Positions 31,047-40,813 of a DNA stretch of 64,000 nt are shown in pieces. Below the pieces are notes generated by a model. That model did no database searches, was not told where the DNA came from, and worked only from the letters and a program-made list of their open reading frames with translations. Position numbers and translations under genes: made by a program. Origin of the DNA: an uncultured Armatimonadetes bacterium (GTDB lineage Bacteria > Armatimonadota > UBA5829 > DTJY01); NCBI GenBank assembly GCA_963717145.1, contig OY970325.1:320001-384000 (forward strand), written 5' to 3'. How positions within the stretch are numbered: the stretch's first letter is position 1; every line of letters starts with the position of its first letter.

Positions 31047-32336
31047 ATGATTCTACGCTATTCACTACCGAAGATGAGGGGCATCTGGGACCAGCACAAC
31101 CGCTTCCAGAAGTGGCTCGATGTCGAGATCGCAGTCGCCGAGGGACTGGCGCACTACGGCTACATCCCCAAAGACGCACCCGCCAAGATCAAGGCCGGCG
31201 CGAAGTTCACCGTCGAGCGCATCCTCGAGATCGAGGAGACCACTCAGCACGACGTGATGGCCTTCGTGAAAGCCGTGACCGAGAACCTCGGCGAGGAGGG
31301 CAAGTACGTCCATTACGGCGTCACCTCGTATGACATCGTGGACACGGCGCTCTGCCTCCTCATGAAGGAATCCGCCGACATCATCATCGACGACCTCGGC
31401 CGCCTCGGTGAAGTGATCGCCGAGCGCGCCCGGGAGCACAAATACACGCTGATGATCGGGCGGACCCACGGCATCCACGCCGAGCCGATCACATTCGGGT
31501 TCAAGCTGGCGGGCTGGTATGCCCAGGTCCTTCGCGATATCGTCCGGATGAACGCCGCGCGGGAAGCGATCAGTTTCGGCAAGGTTTCCGGCGCGGTCGG
31601 AATCTACGCAAACATCGATCCGCGGGTCGAGCAGTACGTCTGCGGCATCCTCGGGCTCGAAGTCGCCGAGCATTCGACGCAGATCATCGCACGCGACCGT
31701 CACGCCCAGTTCATCACGACTCTGGCGATCATCGCCGGGTCGCTCGAAAGCTGCGCCACAGAGCTTCGAAACCTCCAGCGGACAGAGATACTGGAGGTCC
31801 AGGAGTATTTCGCGAAGGGCCAGAAGGGCTCGTCGGCCATGCCGCACAAGCGCAACCCGCGGCTTTCCGAGCAGGTCGCCGGCCTCGCGAGAGTCGTGCG
31901 AGCGAACGCGTTCCCGGCGCTGGAGAATATCACGTCCTGGCACGAGCGCGACCTGACCAACTCGTCGGTCGAGCGGATCGTCATCCCGGACAACTGCATC
32001 CTGGTGGATTACCTGCTGAACACATTTGCCAAAGTCGTCGAGCGGATGATCGTCTACCCGGAGAACATGGCGCGCAACATGAAGCAGATGGGCGGCCTGG
32101 TGTTCTCCGAGCGGATCATGCTCAAGATGGTCGAGAAGGGCCTCTCACGCGAGGACGCGTACATCATCGCGCAGGAGAACGCCGCGAAGGCCTGGGAGGG
32201 CGAGGACTTCCGCCGGGCGCTCGAATCCGACCAGCGCGTCTCCGGCCCGCTCACTGCGGAGGACCTCGACGAGTTGTTCGACTACAAGCACCACGTCCGC
32301 AACGTGGACATCATCTTCGACAGACTGGGACTTTGA
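31047..32336 (+). CDS. purB: Adenylosuccinate lyase
   Basis: GRTHGIHAEP, GSSAMPHKRNP, WHERD. Confidence 0.97.
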   Translation: MILRYSLPKMRGIWDQHNRFQKWLDVEIAVAEGLAHYGYIPKDAPAKIKAGAKFTVERILEIEETTQHDVMAFVKAVTENLGEEGKYVHYGVTSYDIVDTALCLLMKESADIIIDDLGRLGEVIAERAREHKYTLMIGRTHGIHAEPITFGFKLAGWYAQVLRDIVRMNAAREAISFGKVSGAVGIYANIDPRVEQYVCGILGLEVAEHSTQIIARDRHAQFITTLAIIAGSLESCATELRNLQRTEILEVQEYFAKGQKGSSAMPHKRNPRLSEQVAGLARVVRANAFPALENITSWHERDLTNSSVERIVIPDNCILVDYLLNTFAKVVERMIVYPENMARNMKQMGGLVFSERIMLKMVEKGLSREDAYIIAQENAAKAWEGEDFRRALESDQRVSGPLTAEDLDELFDYKHHVRNVDIIFDRLGL

Positions 32337-32347
32337 GGAGGACTACC

Positions 32348-32578
32348 ATGGGTCTGGAGCGCATATCGGTTGATCCTGAAGTCTGCCACGGAAAGGCTTG
32401 CATAAGGGGCACGCGAGTACCAGTCTATCTGATCCTCGAGATGATGGCAGCCGGCGAGAGCACCGAGGGGATTCTCGAAGCATATCCGTTCCTATCAACG
32501 GACGACGTCATCTCTGCTCTGGAGTATGGTGCGACTCTAGCCAGAGAAGAGATCGCGAGCTTGCCGGGAGCTGCCTAG
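32348..32578 (+). CDS. DUF433 antitoxin-like protein
   Basis: ISVDPEVCHGKACIRGTRVPV. Confidence 0.9.
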   Translation: MGLERISVDPEVCHGKACIRGTRVPVYLILEMMAAGESTEGILEAYPFLSTDDVISALEYGATLAREEIASLPGAA

Positions 32579-32947
32579 ATGCGTTTCCTGACAGATGAGA
32601 ACCTGCCGCGTATCGCAGTCGAACTGCTCAGAGAGCTTGGGCACGATGTGCTCGATATCCGAGAGGCAAGCATGGGTGGTGCATCCGATTTGCAGGTTGC
32701 TGAAGTGGCGATGGAGGAACAGAGGATATTGGTGACTCAGGACCTCGATTTCGCGAACATCCTTCAGTATCCGCCGGATGAGTATGCAGGCATTGTCGTC
32801 TTGAGGGTTCCGCGGCCGACACAGCACAGAGTAACGGAGACTCTGCGGGGTTTCCTGTCTGTGGTCGATGCCAAGATGATTCACAGCGCGCTCGTTATCG
32901 TTGAACCGGGCTCATACAGAGTTCGGCGGAGTCTAGAGGTGTCCTAG
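32579..32947 (+). CDS. DUF5615 PIN-like toxin
   Basis: MRFLTDENLP..GHDV..ILVTQDLDF. Confidence 0.88.
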   Translation: MRFLTDENLPRIAVELLRELGHDVLDIREASMGGASDLQVAEVAMEEQRILVTQDLDFANILQYPPDEYAGIVVLRVPRPTQHRVTETLRGFLSVVDAKMIHSALVIVEPGSYRVRRSLEVS

Positions 32948-32974
32948 GGTCTCGCAGAGAGGGAACGGAAGATT

Positions 32975-34462
32975 TTGCAGTACCAATCCGACCATCCACA
33001 CGAAGAATGCGGAGTATTCGGCGTTTACGCCGAGGGAGAAGACGTCGCCAGGCTGACGTATTTTGGCCTGTTCGGCCTCCAGCACCGAGGGCAGGAGAGC
33101 GCCGGCATGGCGGTCTCCGACGGCGACAAGATCCGTATGTTCAAGGACATGGGCCTCGTGACCCAGGTGTTCGACGAGCATATCCTCGCCGAACTCAAGG
33201 GCCACATCGCCATCGGACATAACCGCTACTCGACCACCGGATCGAGCGTCCTCTGCAACGCCCAGCCGGTGATCTGCGAGTCGTCCTGGGGGACGATCGC
33301 GCTCGGCCACAACGGGAACCTGATCAACGCCGCCGAGCTTCGCGCCGAACTCCAGGCACAGGGTGAGACCTTCGAGTCGACCAGCGACACCGAGGTGATG
33401 GCCCGACTGATCGCACGCAGCACCGAGAGCACCATCGAGAAGGCCGTCGAAGAGATGATGGGCAAGGCGAAGGGCTCATACTCCCTGGTCATCCTCACCC
33501 GGGACAAGCTGCTCGGAGTCCGCGATCCATTCGGGATTCGACCACTCACGCTCGGACGGCTGAACCACAAAGGCTACGTTCTCTCATCGGAGACGTGCTC
33601 GCTCCATCTCGTCGGCAGCAGGTACGCCCGCGAAGTCGAGCCGGGTGAGATGGTCGTCATCGACAAGACCGGCATCAAGGAGATCCAGGCCATGCCGACG
33701 CAGCGACACGCGCTCTGCGTCTTCGAGTTCATCTATTTCGCGCGACCCGATTCACACATGTATGGCAAGACGCTCCATCTCGCCCGGCAGCGCATGGGCC
33801 ACGAACTGGCACACGAGTTTCCCGCGGACGCCAACGTCGTTATCCCGATCCCCGACACCGGCACGCCGGCCGCGATCGGTTATGCCCAGGCATCGCGCAT
33901 ACCTTACAGCGAAGGGGTCATCAAGAATCGCTACGTCCACCGCACGTTCATCGAGCCCGACCAGAGGATGCGCGAACTCGGCGTCCAGATGAAGTTCGCA
34001 CCGCTCAAGGAGACGCTCTCCGGCAAGAAGATCGTGATGGTCGAGGACAGCATCGTGCGGGGGACCACCACCGGCCCGACGATCAAGATGCTGAAGGACG
34101 CAGGCGCGCGCGAGGTCCACGTTCGGATCAGCTCGCCGCCGATCAAGTATCCGTGCTTCTACGGCATCGACATGGCCAAGCAGAAGGAACTGATCGCTTC
34201 GGGCAGGACGAACGAGGAGATCAAAGACCACATCGGCGCGGACAGTCTGGGGTATCTCAGCATTCCGGGGCTGGTGCGGGCGCTCGGCTGCAGGCGTGAC
34301 AAGTTCTGCATGGCATGCTTTGACGGCAAGTACCCGATCGAGATCCCCGACCATGTCAAGGTATCGAAGTTCGCCCTCGAGGACAACGACGAAGGGCACG
34401 GGATCGATGACAGCAAGGCGCGCCTGCTGAGTCGCAGGAAGCCGAAGGAACGCGTGGGTTAA
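32975..34462 (+). CDS. purF: Amidophosphoribosyltransferase
   Basis: Propeptide then EECGVFG, LQHRGQESAG, EDSIVRGTT, PCFYGID. Confidence 0.97.
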   Translation: MQYQSDHPHEECGVFGVYAEGEDVARLTYFGLFGLQHRGQESAGMAVSDGDKIRMFKDMGLVTQVFDEHILAELKGHIAIGHNRYSTTGSSVLCNAQPVICESSWGTIALGHNGNLINAAELRAELQAQGETFESTSDTEVMARLIARSTESTIEKAVEEMMGKAKGSYSLVILTRDKLLGVRDPFGIRPLTLGRLNHKGYVLSSETCSLHLVGSRYAREVEPGEMVVIDKTGIKEIQAMPTQRHALCVFEFIYFARPDSHMYGKTLHLARQRMGHELAHEFPADANVVIPIPDTGTPAAIGYAQASRIPYSEGVIKNRYVHRTFIEPDQRMRELGVQMKFAPLKETLSGKKIVMVEDSIVRGTTTGPTIKMLKDAGAREVHVRISSPPIKYPCFYGIDMAKQKELIASGRTNEEIKDHIGADSLGYLSIPGLVRALGCRRDKFCMACFDGKYPIEIPDHVKVSKFALEDNDEGHGIDDSKARLLSRRKPKERVG

Positions 34463-34466
34463 GGGG

Positions 34467-34551
34467 CTACTCGTGAATCCTACTCGTACTCGTAGATCCT
34501 ACTCGACTGCGAACCAGCCGATTGACGAGTACGAGTAGGATTCACGAGTAG
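34467..34551. repeat. 27-bp perfect inverted repeat built from TACTCG-like units
   Basis: CTACTCGTGAATCCTACTCGTACTCGT and its reverse complement at 34525-34551. Confidence 0.85.
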
Positions 34552-34576
34552 GAACAGCCGCCAAAGGAGGGACCTC

Positions 34577-35611
34577 ATGGACGACATCTCGACCTACAAG
34601 GATGCAGGTGTAAACATAGACGCGGGCAACGAGGCCGTGATGCGGATGAAGGAGTTCATCCGCTCGACCTTCAATTCGAGCGTTCTCGCGGATGTCGGCT
34701 CGTTCGGCGGCATGTTCCAACTCGATGTCAGCGGCATCAGCCAGCCGATACTCGTCTCCAGCATCGACGGCGTTGGCACGAAGCTCAAGATCGCGTTCGC
34801 CATGAACAAGCACGACACCGTCGGCATCGACCTCGTGAACCACTGCGCCAACGACATCCTCGTCCAGGGCGCGAAGCCTCTCTTCTTCCTCGACTACTTC
34901 GGGACCGGCCAACTGATGCCGTCGGTCGTCGTCGATGTCGTCAAGGGCCTCTCGGAGGCGTGCAAGGCGCATGATTGCGTGTTGATCGGGGGCGAAACCG
35001 CTGAGATGCCCGGCCTCTATCTTGCGGGCGAGTATGACCTCGCAGGGTGCATCGTCGGTGTCGTGGACCGGGAGAAGATCGTGGACGGCTCGAAGGTCCT
35101 GCCGGGCGACGTGCTCATCGGCCTGTCATCGAACGGCCTGCACACCAACGGCTTCTCACTCGTGCGCAATATCTTCCTGGAGAAGGCCAAGCTCCGGGTG
35201 GATCAGCATATTCCCAATCTCGATATGACCCTCGGCGAAGAGCTTCTGCGCCCGCATAAGAGCTACTATCGGCAGGTGCAGACGATCCTCAGCGAGTTCG
35301 ATGTCCACAGCATGGCCCACATCACCGGCGGTGGGTTCTACGACAACATCCCGAGGGCGCTCCCGGCCGACTGCATGGCGGTGGTCGAGCGCCGGACCAT
35401 CGCTCCGCCCACGATCTTCCAGTTGATCCAGGAACTCGGCAACGTCTTGGAGCATGAGATGTTCCGCACGTTCAACATGGGCATCGGCTACGTGCTGATC
35501 GTCCCGAAGGACCAGGAGTCCGCCGTCCTCAGCCGACTCGGGGAGATCGGGGAATCCGCCTGCTACATCGGCGAGGTCCGCAAAGGCAGCCGCGAAGTCC
35601 AGATCGTCTGA
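34577..35611 (+). CDS. purM: Phosphoribosylformylglycinamidine cyclo-ligase
   Basis: YKDAGVNIDAG, DGVGTK, GGETAEMPG, HITGGG, FNMGIG. Confidence 0.97.
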   Translation: MDDISTYKDAGVNIDAGNEAVMRMKEFIRSTFNSSVLADVGSFGGMFQLDVSGISQPILVSSIDGVGTKLKIAFAMNKHDTVGIDLVNHCANDILVQGAKPLFFLDYFGTGQLMPSVVVDVVKGLSEACKAHDCVLIGGETAEMPGLYLAGEYDLAGCIVGVVDREKIVDGSKVLPGDVLIGLSSNGLHTNGFSLVRNIFLEKAKLRVDQHIPNLDMTLGEELLRPHKSYYRQVQTILSEFDVHSMAHITGGGFYDNIPRALPADCMAVVERRTIAPPTIFQLIQELGNVLEHEMFRTFNMGIGYVLIVPKDQESAVLSRLGEIGESACYIGEVRKGSREVQIV

Positions 35612-35625
35612 CCCGCTCTCACACC

Positions 35626-35739
35626 ACCGACAGTCCTGAGTGCGCCGGTGAATGACGGCGTGTATCGAAGGACGGCTCGTACCGCAAGGCCGTCCTTCGA
35701 TACACGCCGTCATTCACCGGCGCACTCAGGACTGTCGGT
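35626..35739. repeat. 51-bp perfect inverted repeat (MITE/REP-like, possible bidirectional terminator)
   Basis: Arms at 35626-35676 and 35689-35739; half copy at 53371-53421; followed by (ACTCTAA)x4 at about 35750-35780. Confidence 0.85.
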
Positions 35740-35778
35740 CGCTTGCTCAACTCTAAACTCTAAACTCTAAACTCTAAA

Positions 35779-36678
35779 CTACTGCCCCGGCTGCTGACCC
35801 GGGCCCATACCCAGTTCCTTCATCACCTCCATCGCATCCTCCTGCATCAGCTTCTGCTGCTCCGGGGTGATCATCTGCATCGCCTGGATCTGCATCCGGA
35901 TCATCGCGCGCCGGTCCTCGACGGGCATCTTGAACATATTGTCCATCGACGACTGGATGATCCCCTGATACGTGTCCGGGTTCTTCATCAGCGCCTGCAT
36001 CGACATATTCATGTAGTTCGGATCCATCTGCTGCATGAGTTGCATGCCGGCCGCCATCGCCTGCTCGCGCTCCTCGGGCGTCATCTTCATGAACAGGTCC
36101 ATGGCCTCCTTCTGGAGCTTGGCATACTTCTCCGCGTTCGTGTTCGCCTTCTCGCTCGCCTTCTTCGCCGCCTTGTCGTTCGTGATCAGGTAGATCGCGA
36201 CCATCCCCATATCCTTGCGCAGGGTGATCGGGACTGCATCCACCGCCGGCTTGTTGGCGACGTGGACCAGGTTCTCGGCAGCGGAAGTCCTCTGGATGAT
36301 AAGGTCCGGGAACTTGAGGCCCTCCATCATCCTAAGCGTCGCGGCGAGAGTCTCGGGATTCTTCAGGAGCGGCGAATCGGCCCTGATGTAGATCTGACGC
36401 CACGCCAGGTCGCCGGCTTTGGTGATGACGCTCAACGCCTCCTCGACCGGCATGTCGGTGACGTTCGCCGTGATCTTCACCTCGGCGGACTTCTCGAGCA
36501 GGATGCGCACTCCCGCCTGCTTGACTATATCGTCGGTCGCCTTACTGAGCTTCTCGTCATCGAGCGCGAACGACACCAGCTTCGGGGCATCAGCCGCCGG
36601 CGTCGTCGTCGCCAGTTGTGCGAACCCCGCCGACGCGACCAACAGGATGCACAGCAGAAGAATAGAATATCGGATCAT
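35779..36678 (-). CDS. Secreted hypothetical protein with STN-like N-domain and Met/Gln-rich helical tail
   Basis: Signal peptide MIRYSILLLCILLVASAGFA after GGAGG; KITANVTDMPVEEALSVI. Confidence 0.65.
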   Translation of the reverse strand: MIRYSILLLCILLVASAGFAQLATTTPAADAPKLVSFALDDEKLSKATDDIVKQAGVRILLEKSAEVKITANVTDMPVEEALSVITKAGDLAWRQIYIRADSPLLKNPETLAATLRMMEGLKFPDLIIQRTSAAENLVHVANKPAVDAVPITLRKDMGMVAIYLITNDKAAKKASEKANTNAEKYAKLQKEAMDLFMKMTPEEREQAMAAGMQLMQQMDPNYMNMSMQALMKNPDTYQGIIQSSMDNMFKMPVEDRRAMIRMQIQAMQMITPEQQKLMQEDAMEVMKELGMGPGQQPGQ

Positions 36679-36714
36679 TACTTCCTCCCTTACGCGGAAC
36701 GTGCTCACGGCGCT

Positions 36715-36892
36715 GTCATTCTGAGCGCACAGGGTGTCATTCTGAGAGCAGCGAAGAATCTGTCTCCCGCGCGTCATGCTGAACTCGGTTCAGCATCCAC
36801 CCGCTGGCGGCGGTAGGCCCTGAAACATCCTGAATCAAGTTCAGGACAGGGTGACGCGCACGAAAGGCACTCTTCGCTGCGCTCAGAATGAC
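36715..36892. repeat. Composite palindromic MITE-like element
   Basis: TGTCATTCTGAG(A/C)GCAGCGAAGA ... TCTTCGCTGCGCTCAGAATGACA with nested hairpins. Confidence 0.75.
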
Positions 36893-37038
36893 AGGCCACC
36901 AGAGATATAGACTCACTCCGCCCCCAAAAAGTTGCCTCTCCCGGCCGGTTATTCCTCTCCGCTGTCTCCTGTTTATCCGTTGACGCGCCGGGGAATAGAA
37001 TCCCGTATCCGAAAGCTAGAGAATGGAGGATGATTTCG

Positions 37039-37308
37039 ATGCCACACTTCGTTGCGGAAATGCCGCACACTGAGGAGCAGTGCGCCGCCGCTCTGGGCGA
37101 AATGGCTGCGGACGTTCCGGAGCTGTTCGACAGCGTCCATTGGGGCTGCCATCATGGGGTTCATGACGGCTGGGCCATAGTGGAAGCAGACAATGCGTCT
37201 GAGATCACTGACATGATCTCGCCGATCCTTCGCGATCAGGCAAAGATCACGGAAGTGGAGCATATCCCTTCCGAGAAGATGAGGGAGATGCACCGACAGG
37301 CGGCGTAG
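37039..37308 (+). CDS. Small hypothetical protein, His/Cys-containing
   Basis: GGAGG RBS; PHTEEQC..HWGCHHGVHDGWAIVEA. Confidence 0.7.
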   Translation: MPHFVAEMPHTEEQCAAALGEMAADVPELFDSVHWGCHHGVHDGWAIVEADNASEITDMISPILRDQAKITEVEHIPSEKMREMHRQAA

Positions 37309-37414
37309 GGAATGGTTGATGGTTAATGGCTGATGCCGGACGCCGGAATGGTTGATGGTTGATGGGGCGGGGACGATCGTGTCTCCGCCCTTCCTTCTTT
37401 CTATCCTCAACCGG

Positions 37415-37695
37415 TTTCTTGGCATCTGGGAGAGCGTCCACAACTCGGACTTCAATTATGGCGAATTCGCCATAATTAGAAGTCAGGCAGGCCTCAACAG
37501 GGCAATATCCGCGACTACGCGAATGTGTCGCAACTCGTGTGTCTCTCGAACCTGGAGAACCTGAACGCCCTCTTCATCCAGGAGAAGCTGCCCCAGCCGG
37601 AGCGCCTGCGCAAGCTGAACCGGATCGCCATCCAGCAGATGAAACTCCTGTCGGAGGACGCCGGGATCAGGCAGCTTGAACCCGGTGACAGATGA
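37415..37695 (+). pseudogene. Internally deleted KilA-N-domain gene relic
   Basis: FLGIWESVHNSDFNYGEFAIIRSQAGLN joined out of frame to GNIRDYANVSQLVCLSNLENLNALFI..QQMKLL; no start codon. Confidence 0.7.
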
Positions 37696-37797
37696 GTCGC
37701 GAACGCCGAATCAGGAACCTCCACTCTAGACTCCGGCGATTCACCGGAGATCCGTTGGTAGCCGTATGGCTAATGAAGAGCACGCCTAGCACCCAGC

Positions 37798-37826
37798 TTG
37801 ACAATACATGACTAGCCTCGTACAAT
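37798..37826 (+). promoter_or_regulatory. Sigma70 promoter, probably the original promoter of the TIR-caspase operon
   Basis: TTGACA-17 nt-TACAAT, ending 26 nt upstream of the CTAG IS insertion site. Confidence 0.75.
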
Positions 37827-37856
37827 GAACTGGAGTCCTGATTAACGAAGAGCTAG

Positions 37857-39444
37857 CAGCCTGTCTGAGAATTCCCCGCTATGTGGGTGAGTTTCCCATC
37901 TGCGGGGTCGCGCTGGCTGCTGTTCGATAGTGTTTTTCGCCGGATTTCCGGCGAGGGTCTGTAAAGACCCCTTGTACCTTGATAATCAGCCTGATCCAGG
38001 TCATATATCTACGTATCGAAGATCGATTTCCGGTCGCCGTATCGGTATAGCTTCAGCATGTTGTGCCCAAGACACGCAAGCGTCCACTCCGACTTCGCTT
38101 TCGCAAGGCCTCGGAGTAGGAAGCCTCGGAAGTTCCGTGCGCTCTTGATCTGGCCGAACACCGGCTCTACCGTCTCCTTCCGCCTCCCGTAGATCTTTCG
38201 GCCAAGAGGAGTCAAGAGCTTTGCTCTCTGGCGATCTGCGGCGGATTGCTTTGCCGGATCAAGGCAGGAAGGCGCCGTCGGCTCTTTGCCATGACGTTGT
38301 CTGTCAGGCGGTATATAAGCGTCGATCCCTTGCTGCTCGACCATCTCTATGTTGTCGCTGCTGAAGTATCCGGCATCGGCGGATAGTTCTTCCGGTTTCT
38401 TTCCGGTGTTCTCCTTGATTGCCTCGATCATGTCACTAAGATGCGGTGAGTCCGCTGCCTGGTTCGTGAGATCACACGCCACTACAATCTGATGATCTGC
38501 GTCTACCGCAGCTTGTCCGTTGTATGCCTGCACGAAGGCTTTCTTTGCGTCCTTCATTATCCGGCTTTCCGGGTCTGTGAAGTTCCGCTGTGCCTTCCCT
38601 TCCGGCTCTGTCTTTACGGGCCCCGGCTCTCTGCCGCGAGGCTTCTTCCCGGATGCTTCCTGCTCCGCCTTCTCTTGGGCTCGCATCGCTTCTTCGGCTG
38701 ATGCTCGCTCTTTGGCCTCGCGCTCCAGCGCTTCTTTTGCTTCCCTGATCTTGGCGAGCCGCTTCTCTCTGGTTGCGAGTTCCTCCGGGAGTTCGTCTCC
38801 TCGGCGGTCAAGACCATATTCCGCGTCTTCCTGGTCGTCCACAGAAAGACCCTTCGCAAGGAGCGCCTCGATCTCAGCCTGAAGCTCTTTTTCTTTCTCG
38901 ACCATCCGAGAGTAGCTCATGGCGGAGTGCTTGCTTGCGTTGGCAAGCAGCTTTGTTCCGTCTATGGCTATGTGTTTCATCGACACAAGCCCGGCGCTTG
39001 CGCATAGCCTGAGCACTTGCACAAACAGGTCCGCAAGGGACTTGAGATGCCTCTTCCTGAACTCGCTTATCGTGCGGAAGTCGGGATGATTTCCTGCCGC
39101 AAGCACCCGGAAGGCTACATCTTCATACGTGGCCAGGGAGAGCTTTCGAGATGAATACACTCCCCGGCACAAACCGTAGAATATGATCTTTGTAAGCATT
39201 GCCGGATGGAACGGCGGCGCTCCTCGGGCCTCTTTCTCGTATGAGGCGTATATCGCGGAAAGGTCGAGACTGTCTACGACATCGCTCACAAAGTATGCGA
39301 GATGTCCCTCGGGCAGCCACTCCGACATCAAGGGCGGCAACAGCAATATCTGGTCAGGTTGATAAGGAAGGTATGGCTTGCTCATACCCGTATTTTACTA
39401 CATACCTGGCACCTTGCGCCAGAGGTTATTTCATGGACAGGCTG
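37857..39444 (-). mobile_element. IS1182-family insertion sequence
   Basis: Terminal inverted repeats CAGCCTGTC / GACAGGCTG, each flanked by CTAG (37853-37856 and 39445-39448). Confidence 0.88.
38009..39385 (-). CDS. IS1182-family DDE transposase
   Basis: LLPPLMSEWLPEGHLA, PDFRTISEFR, IDGTK, NFTDPESRIM, ADAGY, VEPVFGQIK. Confidence 0.95.
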   Translation of the reverse strand: MSKPYLPYQPDQILLLPPLMSEWLPEGHLAYFVSDVVDSLDLSAIYASYEKEARGAPPFHPAMLTKIIFYGLCRGVYSSRKLSLATYEDVAFRVLAAGNHPDFRTISEFRKRHLKSLADLFVQVLRLCASAGLVSMKHIAIDGTKLLANASKHSAMSYSRMVEKEKELQAEIEALLAKGLSVDDQEDAEYGLDRRGDELPEELATREKRLAKIREAKEALEREAKERASAEEAMRAQEKAEQEASGKKPRGREPGPVKTEPEGKAQRNFTDPESRIMKDAKKAFVQAYNGQAAVDADHQIVVACDLTNQAADSPHLSDMIEAIKENTGKKPEELSADAGYFSSDNIEMVEQQGIDAYIPPDRQRHGKEPTAPSCLDPAKQSAADRQRAKLLTPLGRKIYGRRKETVEPVFGQIKSARNFRGFLLRGLAKAKSEWTLACLGHNMLKLYRYGDRKSIFDT

Positions 39445-39457
39445 CTAGGAGGTAACT

Positions 39458-39844
39458 ATGGCAAAGAAGAATCGTATTTTCATCAGTTTCGCCGTTGAGG
39501 ACAAGACCTACCGTGATCTCCTCGTCGGACAGGCAAGGAATGAGAAGAGCCCGTTTGAGTTCATGGACATGTCTGTCAAGCAGCCGTGGGACAGTGCCTG
39601 GAAGACAAGCTGCCGGACGAAGGTCAAGGGATGTGATGGCATCATCGCTCTCGTCAGCAAGAATACCGCCAACGCCACCGGACAGCTCTGGGAGGTATCG
39701 TGCAGCAAGGAAGAGGGCATTCCGCTGCGCGGCATCTACGTGGATGCCGATAACAAGCCGGCCTCCCTTCCCGCCGAGTTCTCAGGTATACGTGTCGTCA
39801 ATTGGACATGGGAGAATATCTCAAGCTTCCTGGACTCGCTCTAG
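39458..39844 (+). CDS. Stand-alone TIR domain protein (ThsB/DUF1863-like)
   Basis: RIFISFAVED, CDGIIALVSKNT, putative catalytic Glu in QLWEV; GGAGG RBS. Confidence 0.85.
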   Translation: MAKKNRIFISFAVEDKTYRDLLVGQARNEKSPFEFMDMSVKQPWDSAWKTSCRTKVKGCDGIIALVSKNTANATGQLWEVSCSKEEGIPLRGIYVDADNKPASLPAEFSGIRVVNWTWENISSFLDSL

Positions 39845-39853
39845 GAGGGATGT

Positions 39854-40813
39854 ATGACTAAGGTCGCATTACTTGTCGGAATCGACGATTATCCGAGTTC
39901 ACCACTCGCCGGTTGTGTCAAGGATGCAACACGCATGGCGGAACTGCTGAGTCGCCACCATGACGACTCGCCGAACTTCGACTGCCGAACACTGACCGCT
40001 CCGGCTCACACCCCAACGACTGTGACTCGACCGATACTGAAGCATGCGGTGGAGGAAGTGTTCACGCGCAGAGCCGACGTCGCGCTTTTCTACTTCTCGG
40101 GGCATGGAACTGTAAACAATCTCGGCGGTTACCTTGTTACGCAGGATGCAAGCCGGTATGATGAAGGGTTGAGCATGACCGACGTGCTGGTGTTCGCCAA
40201 TGGCTCGCCGGCCAGGGAGAAGATCATCGTGCTTGATTGCTGCCACAGCGGAGCTATGGGTCAGTTGCCTGCCATCAACAACGACGCCGCCATGCTCAGA
40301 GAAGGCGTCTCTATTCTGAGCGCCTGCCGGGAATCCGAGGTGGCGCTAGAAACGAATGGCGGAGGACTGTTCACCTCGCTGGTCTGCGATGCATTGAATG
40401 GTGGGGCCGCCGATGTATGTGGCAGAGTCACTATAGCTGGAGTCTATGCCTACGTGGATGAGGCGCTCGGCGGATGGGACCAGCGACCGCTCTTCAAGAT
40501 ACACGTGTCCAAGCTTGTTCCGTTGCGTAACTGCATGCCGGCGGTAGATCCCGAGATCCTTCGCATGCTTCCGAAGTATTTCAAGGCTCCGAAGGATGAG
40601 TATCCCCTTGATCCTTCGTATGAGCCGATGGAGAAACCGCGCCATGAGGAACACGAGAAGGTATTCGGTCATCTGCAGAAGCTTCGCGCGGCGCGACTCG
40701 TCAGTCCTGTGGGTGAGGAACACCTCTACTTCGCAGCTCTGAACTCGAAATCCTGCCGGTTGACTGCTCTTGGTGCCTTCTACTGGCGTTTGGCCAACGG
40801 CGGGAAGATCTGA
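39854..40813 (+). CDS. Caspase-like protease (peptidase C14)
   Basis: KVALLVGIDDY, GCVKDA, His-Cys dyad FYFSGHG / LDCCHSG, GLFTSL..GGAAD. Confidence 0.93.
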   Translation: MTKVALLVGIDDYPSSPLAGCVKDATRMAELLSRHHDDSPNFDCRTLTAPAHTPTTVTRPILKHAVEEVFTRRADVALFYFSGHGTVNNLGGYLVTQDASRYDEGLSMTDVLVFANGSPAREKIIVLDCCHSGAMGQLPAINNDAAMLREGVSILSACRESEVALETNGGGLFTSLVCDALNGGAADVCGRVTIAGVYAYVDEALGGWDQRPLFKIHVSKLVPLRNCMPAVDPEILRMLPKYFKAPKDEYPLDPSYEPMEKPRHEEHEKVFGHLQKLRAARLVSPVGEEHLYFAALNSKSCRLTALGAFYWRLANGGKI

